DNA of 64,000 bases from the human T2T-CHM13v2.0 reference genome, Homo sapiens. Position numbers and translations under genes: made by a program. Below the pieces are notes generated by a model. That model saw only the letters and a list, made by a program, of their open reading frames with translations, had not been told where the DNA came from and ran no database searches. The stretch is from NCBI RefSeq assembly GCF_009914755.1, contig NC_060947.1. One strand, written 5' to 3'. Shown here piece by piece: positions 1 through 62,634 of this stretch. Position 1 is the stretch's first letter; the number at the start of each line of letters is the position of its first letter.

Positions 1-103
1 AAAAGTGAAATTGCAACATAAAACTTGGGGGACGCAAAGAAAGCTCTGCTTAGAGGAAAATTTAAAGTACTAAATGTTTACATTAGAAATTAAAAATATC
101 TCA

Positions 104-7897
<7,794 letters not shown>

Positions 7898-7916
7898 GGC
7901 TGGGCATGGTGGCTCA

Positions 7917-8241
<325 letters not shown>

Positions 8242-8786
8242 CTAAACGATCATCTCTGAAATTAGAAAAAGAATAAAATAAAACTACAGCAATCTTAACT
8301 ACATTAAGAGTGGAATGTAACTGACAAAACATAGAAAATGAAACCAAAAATATTGAAAAGATCCATTAAATTGACACAATAAGGCCTGGCTCACACTTGT
8401 AATCTCAGCACTTTGGGAGGTCCAGAAGAGATGATCACTTGAGGTCAGGAGTTTGACACAAGGCTATGCAACACAGTGAGACCCCCATCTCCATAAAAAT
8501 AAAAAAACAGCCAGTGGCATGCACCTGTAGCCCTAAAAACACTTTTTAAGTTAAAAAAAAAAAAAAAGACAAAGTGCCAGCAAGAATGGCAAAGGAAAAA
8601 AAAAAGAGAAGAAACAATTTACCAATATCAAGAATGAGAAGGGAAAAGGGGGATATCACTAAAGACCCCATAGACATTTAAAGAATAATAGGGGAATTCT
8701 ACAAACAACTCTATGCCCATAAATTCTGTAAGTTATATGAAATGGACCAATTCCTTGAAAGATACAAACTATAAAAACTCACCCAA

Positions 8787-8856
8787 ACTCTTTCCCCTCT
8801 TTTCACTACTGCCCTTGGCTAGTCTTAAAAAATAAATAAATAAAAAATAAATAAAT
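8787..8856 (+). pseudogene. 5'-truncated Y1 RNA (RNY1) retrocopy with A-rich tail
   Basis: actctttcccctcttttcactactgcccttggctagtctt matches the hY1 3' end as recalled (36/40). Followed by an A-tail; TSD aaaactcacccaaa / ataactcacctaaa. Confidence 0.85.
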
Positions 8857-8872
8857 AACTCACCTAAAATCA

Positions 8873-9246
<374 letters not shown>

Positions 9247-9513
9247 TTAACAAGAAATCTTAACAATGCATTCAAAATGTCTGTTTAATGACACTTCAAA
9301 AAAGAGGATATATGAATGGCAAACACACAGAAAGTTGTTTATTATCATTAGCCATTAGATGAATCACTAAATGAGATATCACTACATACTTATTAGGATG
9401 ATTAAAATAACTATATTGACAAAACCAAGTGCTGATGAGTATGTAGAGCAACTGGAATTCCACATATTGCTAGTGGAAATGTAAAACAACCATTCTGGGA
9501 AACAGTTCAGTAG

Positions 9514-10111
9514 CTTTTTTTTTTTTTTCTGAGACAGAGTCTCGCTCTGTTGCCCGGGCTGGAGTGCAGTGGTGCGATCTCGGCTCACTGCAAGCTCCGA
9601 CTCCTGGGTTCACGCCATTCTCCTGCCTCAGCCTCCTGAGTAGCTGGGACTACAGGCGCCCGACACCACGCCCGGCTAATTTTTTGTATTTTTAGTAGAG
9701 ACGGGGTTTCACCGTGTTAGCCAGGATGGTCTCAATCTCCTGACCTCGTGATCCACCCACCTCGGCCTCCCAAAGTGCTGGGATTACAGGCGTCAGCCAC
9801 TGCGCCCGGCCTTTTTTTTTTTTTTTTTGAGATGGAGTCTCACTCTGTCCCCCCAGGCTGGAGTGCAGTGATGCAATCTCGGTTCACTGCAACCTCCACC
9901 TCCCAGGTTGAAGCAATTCTTCTGCCTCAGCCTCCTGAGTAGCTGGGACTACAGGCACATGCCACCACACCTGGCTAAATTTTTTGTATTTTTAGTAGAG
10001 ACAGGGTTTGACCATATTGGCCAGGCTGGTCTCGAACTCCTGACCTCGTGATGTGCCCGCCTTGGCCTCCCAAAGTGCTGGGATTACAGGCACGAGCCAC
10101 CACACCCAGCC
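9514..10111 (-). mobile_element. Two head-to-tail Alus
   Basis: Two full Alu bodies, each with a poly-T tract on +; the first has AluY-type sequence. Confidence 0.9.
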
Positions 10112-10939
10112 AGTGGTTTCCTGTAAAGTTAAAACACCCACTGCCCATACCGCCCAGGAATCCCATTCCTAGGTATTTACCCTAGAAAAATGAAAACTCA
10201 TATTCACACAAGAACCTATACCTGAATGTTCACAGCAGCTCTATTTGTAATCACCCCAAAGTGGAAACAACTGAAATGACCTTCAATGGGTATAATCCAT
10301 ACAATGGAATATTACTCAGCAATAAAAAAGAACAAGCTTTTGATATGCAACAACATGAATGAATATTAAAGCCATTATGGTGGGCCGGGTGCAGTGGCTT
10401 ATGCCTGTAATCCCAGCACTTTGGGAGGCTGAGGCGGGCGGATCACGAGGTCAGGAGATCGAGACCAGTCTGGCCAACATAGTGAAACCCCGTCTCTACT
10501 AAAAATACAAAAAATTAGCTAGGTGTGGTGGTGTGCGCCTTTAATCCCAGCTACTCAGGAGGCTGAGGCAGGAGATTCACGTGAATCCGGAAGGCAGAGG
10601 TTGCAGTGAGCCAAGATCACGCCATTGCCCTCCAGCCCAGGCGACAGTGCGAGGCTCCATCTCAAAAAAAAAAAAAAAAAAGGCATTATGGTAAGCAAAA
10701 GATACCAGTCTCAAAATATTACATACTGCATAATTCCATTTATATGACATTCTGGCAAAGGCAAAAACCACAGTGACAGAGAGCAGATCAGTGGTTGCTC
10801 GGGAGTAGAGGGAAGGCATGACTACAAAGGGGGTAGTAACACAAAGGAGGTTAGGGAGTGATCAAAGGGCTCTGTATCCTGATTATGGTGGCTGGAAGAA
10901 TATAAACATGTGTATACCAAGAGAGTCAATTTTACTTCA

Positions 10940-11277
<338 letters not shown>

Positions 11278-11628
11278 TTAAAAAACGCTTTACCAAAAAG
11301 CAGATTGAAAATACATCAACAGAGCTTTCAACTCAAGATGTTGAATACAGAAAAATTAAAAAGAGAATAAAATATCAAACACTAGAGATGATCAATAAAG
11401 CCAAAAAACTAGTTTTTGAAAAGACTAGCAATCAAATAAACTAGATGAACTATTGTTAAACACCACAACCAAGTACAAGTACAGCTAATCTCAAGAAAAT
11501 ATCGATTCAAAATTAGTAATTTTATTAATGTCATTCACTGTATTAACAAATTAACATAGAAAAACTATGTATTTATGTCCAAATATGCCAAAATTATTTG
11601 GTAAAACCTAATTTGATTCTTGATTTTA

Positions 11629-11871
<243 letters not shown>

Positions 11872-12052
11872 CTAGAGACTCCCCTGAACTCTATGAGAGT
11901 AGTCTAACAGAGACCTATATATTGAGTGGAGAAAGACTGGCAGTATTCCCTTTAAAGTCTGAAAACAGCACAAGGATGCCCCCATCACCACTATGACTCA
12001 ACACTGTAATAAAACTGGAAGCTAGAGGTATGAATACTGGAGAGGAGGAGGA

Positions 12053-12458
12053 TATTATGGGTTGAATGGTGTCCCCTAAAATTCATATGGTGAAGACCTA
12101 CCCCTAGTATTCAGAATGTAACTATATTTAGAGATAGAGCCTTTTAAGAAATAATTAAGTTAAAATGAGACCATTAGAGTAGGCCCTAAACCAATCTGAC
12201 TGGTGGTCTTATAAGAGGTGGTGATTAGGACATACAGAGAGACGTCATGGGCGTATATGCACAGAAGTATGACCACATGAAGAGGCAGCAAGACGAAGGC
12301 CATCTGCAAGCCAAGCAGAGAGACCTCAGGAAAAACCAACTCTGCCAGCACCTTGATCTTCAACTTTCAGCTGCCAAAAGTGTAAGGAAATAACTTTCTG
12401 TTGTTTAAGCCACCCAGTCTGTGATATTTTGTTATGATAGCCCTATCAAACTAATACA
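12053..12458 (+). mobile_element. MaLR solo LTR (MLT1A/B-like)
   Basis: Starts tattatgggttgaatggtgtccc and ends gttatgatagccctatcaaactaataca, typical MLT1 termini, about 400 bp. Confidence 0.8.
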
Positions 12459-12765
12459 GGACACACAGATCATCTACCTCAACAACTCAAGACAATAAAC
12501 TGAAAACAAATAGAACTAATAACAGTATAATAAGGTAGTCCAATACAGGATTGATATGGGAAAGAATCAACTACTGTCCTCCGTATTAGCAATAGCCAAT
12601 TAGAAAACGTAATACATAAAAAGATGCCAATTTTACGAACCAAAATAAAATTTCTAGAAATAAACTGAAGAAGAAATAAACCAAAGAAGAGATACATACA
12701 AGAAGACCTGAATAAATAGAGACAGACTATGTTTGAAGACAGAAACAAAAGATGGCTGCTGCTCA

Positions 12766-12930
<165 letters not shown>

Positions 12931-14737
12931 TTAGCCAGGCGTGGTGGCGTGTGCCTGTAATCCCAGCTACTTGGGAGGCCAAGGCAGGAGAACTGTTTGA
13001 ACCAGGAAGGCAGAGATTGCAGTGAGCCCAGATCACGCCACTTCATTCCACCCTGGGCGACAAAGTGAGACTCGGTCTCAAAACAAACAAACAAACAACA
13101 ACAAAAAGACAAAACAATGATTTCAATGCTGTTCAGAAGTTGTACCAGTTCAAAAACAATTTTCCATAGTTGTTTACAACCAATCAGTGGTAGACTTTTT
13201 CACAACTACAGAGAAAGCCTTAGCAACATAAGAAGACATACAGACAAAAATTAAAAATCACACAAGTTTGCCTACCAGAGAAAAAATAAATGGTGACTAT
13301 TTTCTACAAAATTTAGTTCTGATGGGATAGGCTACCTGACAGAGCAGATAAAGAAGTTGCAAAGACATTTCCCTCTGTTTTTTTTTTGTTTGTTTGTTTT
13401 GCCAAAAAAGATTGATAGGGACTAGGCCCTGGATCAGATTTTGATTTGATGAAGCTGGTATCTATTTAACCAAATGCCCTCAAAAGAATCCAGATTTGGA
13501 AAGAGGAAGTCTGAGTCCAGAGCTTAAGGCCATAGAGAAGCCACTGACTATAATGCCGGGTACAAATGCCATTGGGCTCTAACTTAGAACTGCTATTATT
13601 TGAGTCTGTATTTTGGCTTCAAAGTCACATAGATTTTGAGGGCTGTGGCCCTAATCTCTTTTTGCCTGCCTTATTGTTTTTAGTGCACAAATTTTCAGGA
13701 CATGAGGTTATATTCAGGAATGCGCAAATCCCAGTATAGCCGAAATGCCTCTGATGAAAGATAGGTCTCCATAAATTAATCCACAAACACCATGCAATCC
13801 TTTGAAAAGCTGATTCTAAAATCCATCTGGAATAGAAAAAGCTCAACAGCAGCCTCGAAATTCTGGAAAAATAAGAAAAAGTAGGGAGGTCTCTCCTTGG
13901 TAAGCTGCCTTTCCATGGTTGCTGGGCAAAGTAGGGAGGCGAAGGAGGGAGGAGAGGCTGAGTGAGCTGTTCTAAGAGGAGCGGTTAAATCAAGTCCAGA
14001 CATCTTAGCTGCAGGTCAATGTGATTTGACTGCTCACAGTAGAGTGGGTGGCCAGGGGAACCTGGCATGTCCCTAAAACAAATCAAAGCTTAGCTCAAAG
14101 ATGAGAGCCTTGGTGAGCATCTGTGGTCTCCTCAGGTTCACAGCAAGGTCTGCAGAGGGGATTTGCTCTACCAGAAACAAAGTCTGTGGTAACTAACCTA
14201 CATGGTATTGTCACAGGAATAGACAAGTTGATTTTCATTTTCTTTTTTAGCATCTGTTTGGTAAAATAAAAATTTGTTTTGACAAGTTGATTTTATGGAA
14301 CAGAATAATATTAATAATATCTAATACACAGTACTTACTTATCATGTGCTGGGCAATGTTTTAAGTGCTTTCTGTATATTTATTTAACTCTCATAACAAC
14401 CTATGAGGTAGGTATGACTATCACAGAGAGGCATAGAGAGGTTAACTAGCCTGACCAAGGTCATATAGCTATTAAGGTACAGAACTTGGACTAAAGTGGA
14501 AAACAAATCCCCATATATATGGGAATTTCGTTTATGACAAAGGTAGAACTTCAAGTCAGGGGGATAATGATGAATTAGTCAATAAATGGTGCTGGGGGAA
14601 ATGACTACTGATGTGGAAAAAAATAAAGTTAGATTCTAACCTCCCACAATTCACAAAAACTTAATTCCAGATAAAGAGCTAAAATTTTAACTCCTATACA
14701 AGTTTTAGGGGAAAATATAAGAAGGCCTTCTTAATCA

Positions 14738-14926
<189 letters not shown>

Positions 14927-16037
14927 CTATGGTCCCAGCTACCAGGGAGGTTGAGGTGGGACTGCAGAGGTCTGAGGCTGCAGTGAGCCATGATTGCGCC
15001 ACTGCACTCCAGCCTGGGAGACAGAGTGAGACTGTGTCTCAAAAAAAAAAAAAAAAAATTGATAAAGATGACAATGTAAAAATCAAAATCATCTACATGC
15101 TAGAAAGACATAATAAAATTAAACACAAACCTAAAAGGAAATATTTTTCAATAAATCCAGAATATACAAAAAATACTCCAACACATCTAGAATATATAAG
15201 GAACTCTTACAAATCAATAAGAAAAACAAAACATCCCAACAGAAAAATGGGTGAAAGACTGAATGGAAAATTCACAGAAAAGGAATAAAGAAGAGTCAAT
15301 AAACACGTAAAACAAACAAGACACCATCTTTTGCCATAAGGTTGGCAAAAATTAAAAAGGCTGATAGTATCCATTGCTGGTAAGACTATGGGTAAACAGG
15401 TATGTTTCATACACTGATCATGTACTGGCCCTTTTGGAGGGAAATTTGGCACTATTTATTAACATTTGTCTTCTACATACCCTTCAACTCAACAGGTCTA
15501 TCCCCCCTAGAAAAATATTAACTGGCACACAGGTACAAAAGGTTACTGTAAGAATTTTCATTGCAGCATTGTTAGTAAAAGTAAAAACTTAGGAACAACT
15601 TAAATGTCAATCAGTAGGGAATGATTAAACATATGATATATTTCTATATTACAGAACACTATGCAGCAGATAGATCTCTGTATTGATAAGGTATATCTCT
15701 GCACTGACATTGAAAGAAAACTAAGCAAGTTGCAGAACCACACACACTAAAACTACACTTCTGTCTACATATGAATGTAAACACAACAAAATAAAAGGTA
15801 TACATGAAAATGATGACAAAGGTTATCTTTGGGTTCAGAGAGGAAACAGTGTTAGTCAAAAAGAATTTTTGCTTTCTCCATCTTCTTCTAATTTTGGTCA
15901 ATAAGCATTAACCATATTTGTATAACTTTTGAAATATTAAAACAATGGCCGGGCGCGATGGCTCACGCCTATAATCCCAGCACTTTGGGACGCCAAGGCA
16001 GGCGGGCAGATCACTTGAGGCCAGGAATTCGAGATCA

Positions 16038-16265
<228 letters not shown>

Positions 16266-16780
16266 TTACATTATACAGTCACCTGTATTACACAAGAGTG
16301 CCTGATACACTGTGGTACTCAATAAAATCTTGGATTAAAAAAAGGAGTCATCTCTTAAATGTAAAAAGCTCACTGAAAGGTCATTATGTATCTCTGCAAG
16401 GGACAAACTGGCCAACGCAGGACACAAATGACACAGATGATGGCAGTCAAACAGGCAAGAGAAAAAAAGAGTCACCAGCGGTAAAGGTTGGACATTAGTA
16501 AAAATAGATGATAGCAAATTATAACTACCATTTTTTGAAGGCTTCCCATGAGCAAGAAACTGTGCCAGATGATCTGTGTGAGCATAATCTCAAATTCTTA
16601 ACATTAACCTGTGAGATATTCCCATTTTACAAATTAGGAAAATATGGCTTAGAGAAACTAAGTATCAGGCTTAAGACCAGGACTTTGTTCACTACAAGCT
16701 GTCCTCTATTGGGACTAGGATGGAGACTGGGACTGAGGAGACCCCTTCTGGCCTGAACCCATGTGCTTAGCTGCCCTTAC

Positions 16781-54710
<37,930 letters not shown>

Positions 54711-54769
54711 CTGAAAAAGAGAAAAACAGCCAAGGTTTATGGAAATTTTATTTTTTATGAGGTCTAGAA

Positions 54770-54896
54770 CAGTGCTGTCCAGTAGAACAGCTATTAAGTA
54801 CATGTGGCTATTTATGTTTAAATCCATTAAAATTAAATAAAATTTAAAATTTCAAGCGCTCAGCAGCCACATGTGGTTAGGGGTTACTGTATTAGG
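54770..54896. mobile_element. MER3-like fragment fused to a tail-less minus-strand Alu (54897-55144)
   Basis: cagtgctgtccagtagaa...ccacatgtggttaggggttactgtatt, followed directly by Alu sequence. Confidence 0.6.
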
Positions 54897-55400
54897 CAGT
54901 GGTGTGATCATGGCTCACTGCAACCTCTGCCTCCTGGGTTCAAGTGATTCTCCTGCCTCAGCCTCCCAATTAGCTGGGATTATAGGCATGTGCCACCATG
55001 CCTGGCTAATTTTTTGTATTTTTTAGTAGAGACGAGGTTTCACCACATTGGCCAGGCTGGTCTCAAACTCCTGAGTTCAAGTGATCCACCTGCCTCTGCC
55101 TCCCGAAGTGCTAGGATTATAGGTGTGAGCCACCACGCCCAGCCTTATAACCTAATTTTTAAACTTGAGATACTTTATTAAACGAAAAAGACTAAAAAAA
55201 AAAATTTATAGTCAACAGTAGTTCTAAATGAAAAATTACAGATAATCCTTTTTATCTTATCTGTGCTTCTAATTTCCTACAATAAACATCTGTTGCTTAT
55301 TTCACATTTTAAAGACTTAAAAAGATTTACTTAATTTTGAAAATTTGACTTTGCATGTATATGAGGTGGTAATCTCACAAAATTCAACCTTCCCTTACTA

Positions 55401-55568
<168 letters not shown>

Positions 55569-56526
55569 CTACCAAAACAAACAAAAAAATTTAGCTGAGC
55601 ATGGAGGCTGAGCTGGGAGGATCCCTTGAACCCAGGAGATTGAGGCTACAGTGGGCCATGATTGTGCTACCGCACTCCAGCCTGGGTGACAGAACAAGAC
55701 CCTGTCTCCAAAAAAAAAAAAAAAAAAAAAAAGAAGACCCAAGTCTTAAAATGTTTGGTTTACCACACACAGCAGAGAACATTAAGGCAGAGCTCAAGTT
55801 GTTTCAGCCAAGATCATGCTCATAAATGGACTTCCTGGGATTAGGACTTCCCAACTAATAATCTTCCCAATATCCCAACTAAATATATTCCCAACTAATA
55901 ATCTCATGCCTATAAACCAGCAGCTTATCAATAAACTAGGGATATCACCATCAACTTTGTAGGGTTTTTAAGGATTCAATAAGATAATGTATATAAAGTG
56001 CACAGCATGGCCAGTCGCGGTAGCTCACACCTGTAATCCCAGTACTTTGGGCGGCCAAAGTGGGAGGATCGCTTGAGGCCGGGAGTTCAAGACCAGCCTG
56101 GGCAACATAGGGTAACCCCATCTCTACAAAAATAATACTAATGTGTGTAGCACAGTGAGCATAAAGTCTGATACACAGTAAGTATCCGGTTTCACAGTAA
56201 GTGCTAGAAGTCCAGTCCGGACCTCACCTTTCACCTGCCTAAAACTTCTTCAAAGATATTCCCCAGACCTTGTAGCATTAACTCAGTTCCCTGGACTGCA
56301 TGCTTTCTATCTCATACCCCTGTTCCCTCTGGACACCTCTCTCTCCCCTAAACTTTCACCCTATGTGGCTATGTGCTTTCTCTACTCTAAACACCCGCTG
56401 CTCATCCCCTTTCCCAACTTGGTAAACAAACTGCTCAACATTGGCACTCTCTTCAACAAACACTCCTTCACCTTCCAGGCTTAACTGAATGCAGCTTCTC
56501 CTACGGGAAAATCATTTTCTCTACAC

Positions 56527-57162
<636 letters not shown>

Positions 57163-57911
57163 TGCTAGAGCCCTTATAGCTGCACATTCTCCCATACCCT
57201 CATAACTCAGGACTGGGTTGTGGGTAGCCATCCCTCTCACTCTCTGGTGAGACTTCCAGATCATCTCTCCTCTACCCTTGTGTAAGAGCTCCCACTCCTC
57301 TGAGTTCCACACCATCCAGCCATACCACTTCCTACTCCTCTTCATCACTGCCACATACCCATCTCCCCAACACACCCCTTCACTCGCTGAAGAACCTGCT
57401 CAGATCTTCCCCATCCCGAGTCCTGACAACATCCTACATGAAATCAGTATCCATCTGGAGACACAACATTCCAGGCACTTAGTTCTTTGATCTTCTCATC
57501 TTCAGAGACTGTTACCTCTACTCCCATTTCAGCTACCAACTCTCATGACCATCCCCCAGACCCTGTCAACACCAGCAACTGCTGTACCTCTGGAATATGA
57601 AACTCATACATCGCCCTCTCTGACCACAAGTCTATCTATCCAGCTCTCATTCACTACAACCTGTTCTTTGCCCTCAAAACTCTTTATCCTCATACTTTTC
57701 ACCTATTCACACATTCTTGACTTTACCCTCCTTCCCTATCTAGTTGAGATTCCAGCATTCCTCACTTCAATCATTCTCTTACAGATACCCTCACTTGCCC
57801 CACTGCCTTTCATCCCCATATGCAAACCCTAACCCTGGCTCAGTACAACTACCTAACTCTAGACCACTAGATGTGGCTAGAGAAAAATAACCCATTGGAT
57901 TGGTGCCATCA

Positions 57912-58284
<373 letters not shown>

Positions 58285-58486
58285 TCAACTCTCTCTCATT
58301 ATCTACTGTGGCTGTGTCAAATCTCTCACCCCACTACCTGCCTCTTCTCTCTCAAAAATTACCTTGCTTCCTACTACTTCTGGTTTTTGGTTTTGGCTTT
58401 TGTTGTTGTTGTTGTTGTTGTTGTTGTTTTAAGCACTCTTTGCTTTCATTCTTTGAGTTCCTTAATGTTTTTGTTTTGTTTTGTTT

Positions 58487-58839
<353 letters not shown>

Positions 58840-59857
58840 TAGAGAAAATTAAGTAATCAGAGGTGAACTACCTTAACTTCTCATCACCAATCTACCTCCT
58901 TCTACACCCATCCTTTTTTTCCTATCACAACAAAAGTACTATCTTTCCTTCCTTCTAAAGCCAAGTTTTCCACCTGGGTCACATGTTTTCTTACCTTCTC
59001 AATCAATTATTCCTTCTTTCTGCAGTATCTTCAATCTCTCTCTTTCTCTTCACAATAGCATTTAAACAAGTCTATTGATGTTTACAAATTAAAAAACCAA
59101 GACCTACCCGCCCTCCCATCCTCCCTCCCTTCTGTCCGCCCCTTCACAGCCAAACACATTCTTTCTTTAAACCTATGCAGCTTAAAAATGAAGTAAATAA
59201 ACCTACGAAGCTTGATAATGACTCCTCTTTTGAATAAGTAACAGCTGTACATGGTGCAAAACTCAGAGTACAGAAGTATATACAGTAAAAAGTCTCCCTC
59301 CCACCCTTAGCTGCCTAGTAGTATCCAGAGGTGTTCTATCAGAGCCAAATCGATACTTTTTTAGGGTTGCTATATGCACTTTGTGATTCATCTCCTGCTA
59401 GTCTGATCTTAGTCCCCACCTTCTTTAAAATAGATCTCACTGGTTTCCTGACCTCCTTGTTGATATATGCAATAAGTACTTCTCTGCTTTATCTCCCTTA
59501 ACCTCTTAGCACCATTTTCGCCCTGCCAACCCTGTACACTCTCCACCTGACAAGCTCTCTATCCTTGACTTCTATAACGTCCCATCTGGCTGGTGCCCAT
59601 TCCTTCAGCTGACATTTAATGAGCATCCGCCAGGCTCTGGTCTAGGTGCTGGTGAGACGAAGACAAAAAACAAAGCATACAAAAATCCCTGCCCTCATAG
59701 AGCTGATGTTCTAGTGGGGAGGCAGACAAGAAACAAGATAAATCAATGCAATTGGTGAAACACATTGTATGCTGGATAGTGAGAAGACCTAGGTAGAAAA
59801 AAAAACAGGAAGGGGGATATAGAGGAATATGTATGTGTGAATATATAACTATACACA

Positions 59858-59858
<1 letters not shown>

Positions 59859-59902
<44 letters not shown>
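59859..59902. repeat. (CA)22 microsatellite
   Basis: Uninterrupted CA run. Confidence 0.97.
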
Positions 59903-59904
<2 letters not shown>

Positions 59905-60694
59905 GGGGGGGCCAGGAAGAATGGTAGTGAGGGTGAAATATTAGATAGGGAAGACAGGGAAAGACTGACAAAATGGCTTTTGAATAAAGACCCAAAGGGA
60001 GTAAGGGAGCAAGCCCCTCATGTGGCTATGAAGGAAGAGCATCCCAATAAGAACAGCAAGTACAAAAGCCCTGTGGTGGGAGCATCCCTAGACTCCGAAG
60101 GTAGCAGAGAGGAGGAGAGTGTTCTAGAGTAGAGAGGTAGGAGGACAGTAATAAGTCAGAAAGGCAATAGACTCATGTAGTAGGGTGTTGTAGGCCACTG
60201 TAAAGCACTCTGGCTTTTCCTGGGTAGCCACAAGAACTGGGGAGTAACAGCCACTATGAGTAGGGATGTGATGTGATTTTAATCATGTCTTTGGCTGTTC
60301 CTTTTTCCCGATGAACTCTTTTTCTCCTGCCCAGTCCTTAAATGTTGAAGTTTCTTAGGTCCTCTTACCTGGGCACTCTTTTCTCCTCACTTTTCCTCAC
60401 TGTTCTCACTCCCAGGGCTCCATGTGCCCTCTATGCACTCATAACTCCAAGCCAGATTAGACCCTTCCCTCCAAATGTCTCCTGGGTGAGACATTTCTAC
60501 TGGATAGCCACTTACGTACTTCAAATTCAACATGTCCAAACTCAGTTTCTCCTTCTGTCTGTCACCTAAACATGCTCCCTTCTCTTAGGTTTCCCACTTC
60601 TGCAAATGGCTCCATAACCTCACCAGGCATTCAAGCCAGAAACCTGGCAGCCATCACTGATTCACCTCTAGCCCTCTCCCTCCACTATACCCTG

Positions 60695-60960
60695 AAGTAG
60701 ACGTTCTAGCATCAAGTTAAGAACACTGACTTTAGGTCCAGATTCTCTGGGTTTGCATCCTGGCTGTGCCACTTACTAGCTGTGGGATCTTGGACAAGTT
60801 ACTTAACCTCTCTGTGCCTCAGTTTCCTCATTGTAAGATGGGGATAAAAACTGTACCTACTTCACAAGGTTGTTATCAAAAGCAAATGAACTAAATATAT
60901 AGAAAGTGTTTAGAACAGTGTCTGGCCCATAGTAAGTGCTGTGTATGTTTGTTGTTATTA
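60695..60960 (+). mobile_element. MIR
   Basis: Core gctgtgggatcttggacaagttacttaacctctctgtgcctcagtttcctcat. Confidence 0.85.
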
Positions 60961-61324
60961 TCCAAGTTATCAGCATGTCCTATCAACTCTCTTTATTAGC
61001 TATCAATTGTGTTAATTTGTCATCCTTACTGCCCCTGCGCTAGTTCAGGCCACTATTATCTCTAACTCAGTTATTGTCCTGCCCTCCTAACTGGACTCCT
61101 GGCCCCTATTCTGTCCCTACCCAATCGGCCCTCCACACTACAGCCAAAGTGATCATTTAAAAACACAAATTTGATCCTATCAACCCATGCTTAAAATGCC
61201 TCACAGGGTCCCTATTTTTCCTAAGGTAAAGTATAAACTTACCATGGCCCAAAAGGCCTTGCCTCTCTGGCTGAGCTCACGTCTTTCCCCTCACACACAG
61301 CGTATGCTGGGGGAGACATTCCTA

Positions 61325-61840
61325 CTGCATAGCCCACTTACAATCTGTGGGGCCTAATGGAAATGAAAAGTGGGAGCTCCCTGTTCAAAAAATAGAAAAG
61401 CTTTTTCCTTTCTTCCATGGTCTCTCTCTCAACTTACCATGCAGTTTTAATATGCTATTTACTGTCACGCTCCCTTGGGTATAGGGATAACTCAAGGGGC
61501 GAGTGCAGGCCCACACAAGTACCCTGGGGCCCTGCCCGGTGACTTAGTACACAGGGTACATGAACCCAACCGACTCTGTCCACACCTGCACCTGGGCCCA
61601 GTGCCCCAGGCAGCTAGCCAAGAACCTGTTCGGGGAGGTAGAATGGCAGCAGGAGGTAGAACCACATATGAGCCAAGACTCTTAAATCCCCAGCGCACAC
61701 TCCATTGTTCCATCACATACCAATCACAAAATCAAAGGCAAAATTATTAAGAATTTCAAGACAACCACCACAGAACATTAAACCTCAGGCATGGGGCACC
61801 ATGTGACTCTAACGATTGCACACCCATGAAGCCAGCTCTG
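61325..61840. mobile_element. MER45-family hAT-Tip100 element
   Basis: gtggggcctaatggaaatgaaaagtggg...gttcaaaaa and terminal cacccatgaagccagctctg. Confidence 0.65.
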
Positions 61841-62634
61841 CTCTAAAAAGCCAGCGGACTCTCGGTGCCATACTCTGTCTAGCTCTAGCCTCTGGGTTTC
61901 ATCACAGGTATCTCCTTCTACCTGGAACATTCCTGCTCTTCCTTTTCCCTGCTGCTGTGGCACCCCCACAACACTATCCCTATTTCAGCCTTCACCACGA
62001 GGCCTTGGAATTGCTCACTTACCTGCTGTCTGTCCCCACTACATTTGCCAGATAGTGTATCTTATTTACCAAAAGTCCTCACCTTTCCCATCTCTCAGTC
62101 TTGCCTTACTTATTATTCAACAAACATCAACGTGCTAGACAACTCCTCATATCAGGGAGGCAGACAAATGAAAAATCGGGCTTCTGGCTGCACTGTCTCG
62201 ATAGTTACCACCTGGGACCAAGGGTGGTAAATGCTGATTTGCTCTGAGTAGCTTCCTTAGTCAAGAGGATAATTATTATAGCACCAGGTCTTGTGATTAA
62301 GATGAGTTATCCCCATGGTATACTGCAAAGCCAAGCACACGGTAAGCAGTATTTGTTAAGTAAATGAGTGCATAAATTCAACAAATATTGATTGAGCAGA
62401 CACTGCCCTCATGGACTGGACATTTTGGAGCGGGAGACAGAGAGGCAGTGTCAAAACAGTTTCGTAAGTGCTATAAAGTCAGTAAAGCAAGGTAACAGGA
62501 TAGTGAGTGAATGAATTTGAAGTTAGCATAAAAGGCACTGAGAAAAAAACTGAGCTATGAACTTCACATATTATCACATTTAATCTCCACAACAAATCAG
62601 GGCCTTCCGTACAACATTCACAGACATTAAACAC

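Noticed and set aside
61475-61750. GC-richer overlapping ORFs suggesting a further exon or promoter
   Set aside because: They lie within a MER45-like element, do not match the expected PHF8 N-terminus, and there is no CpG island
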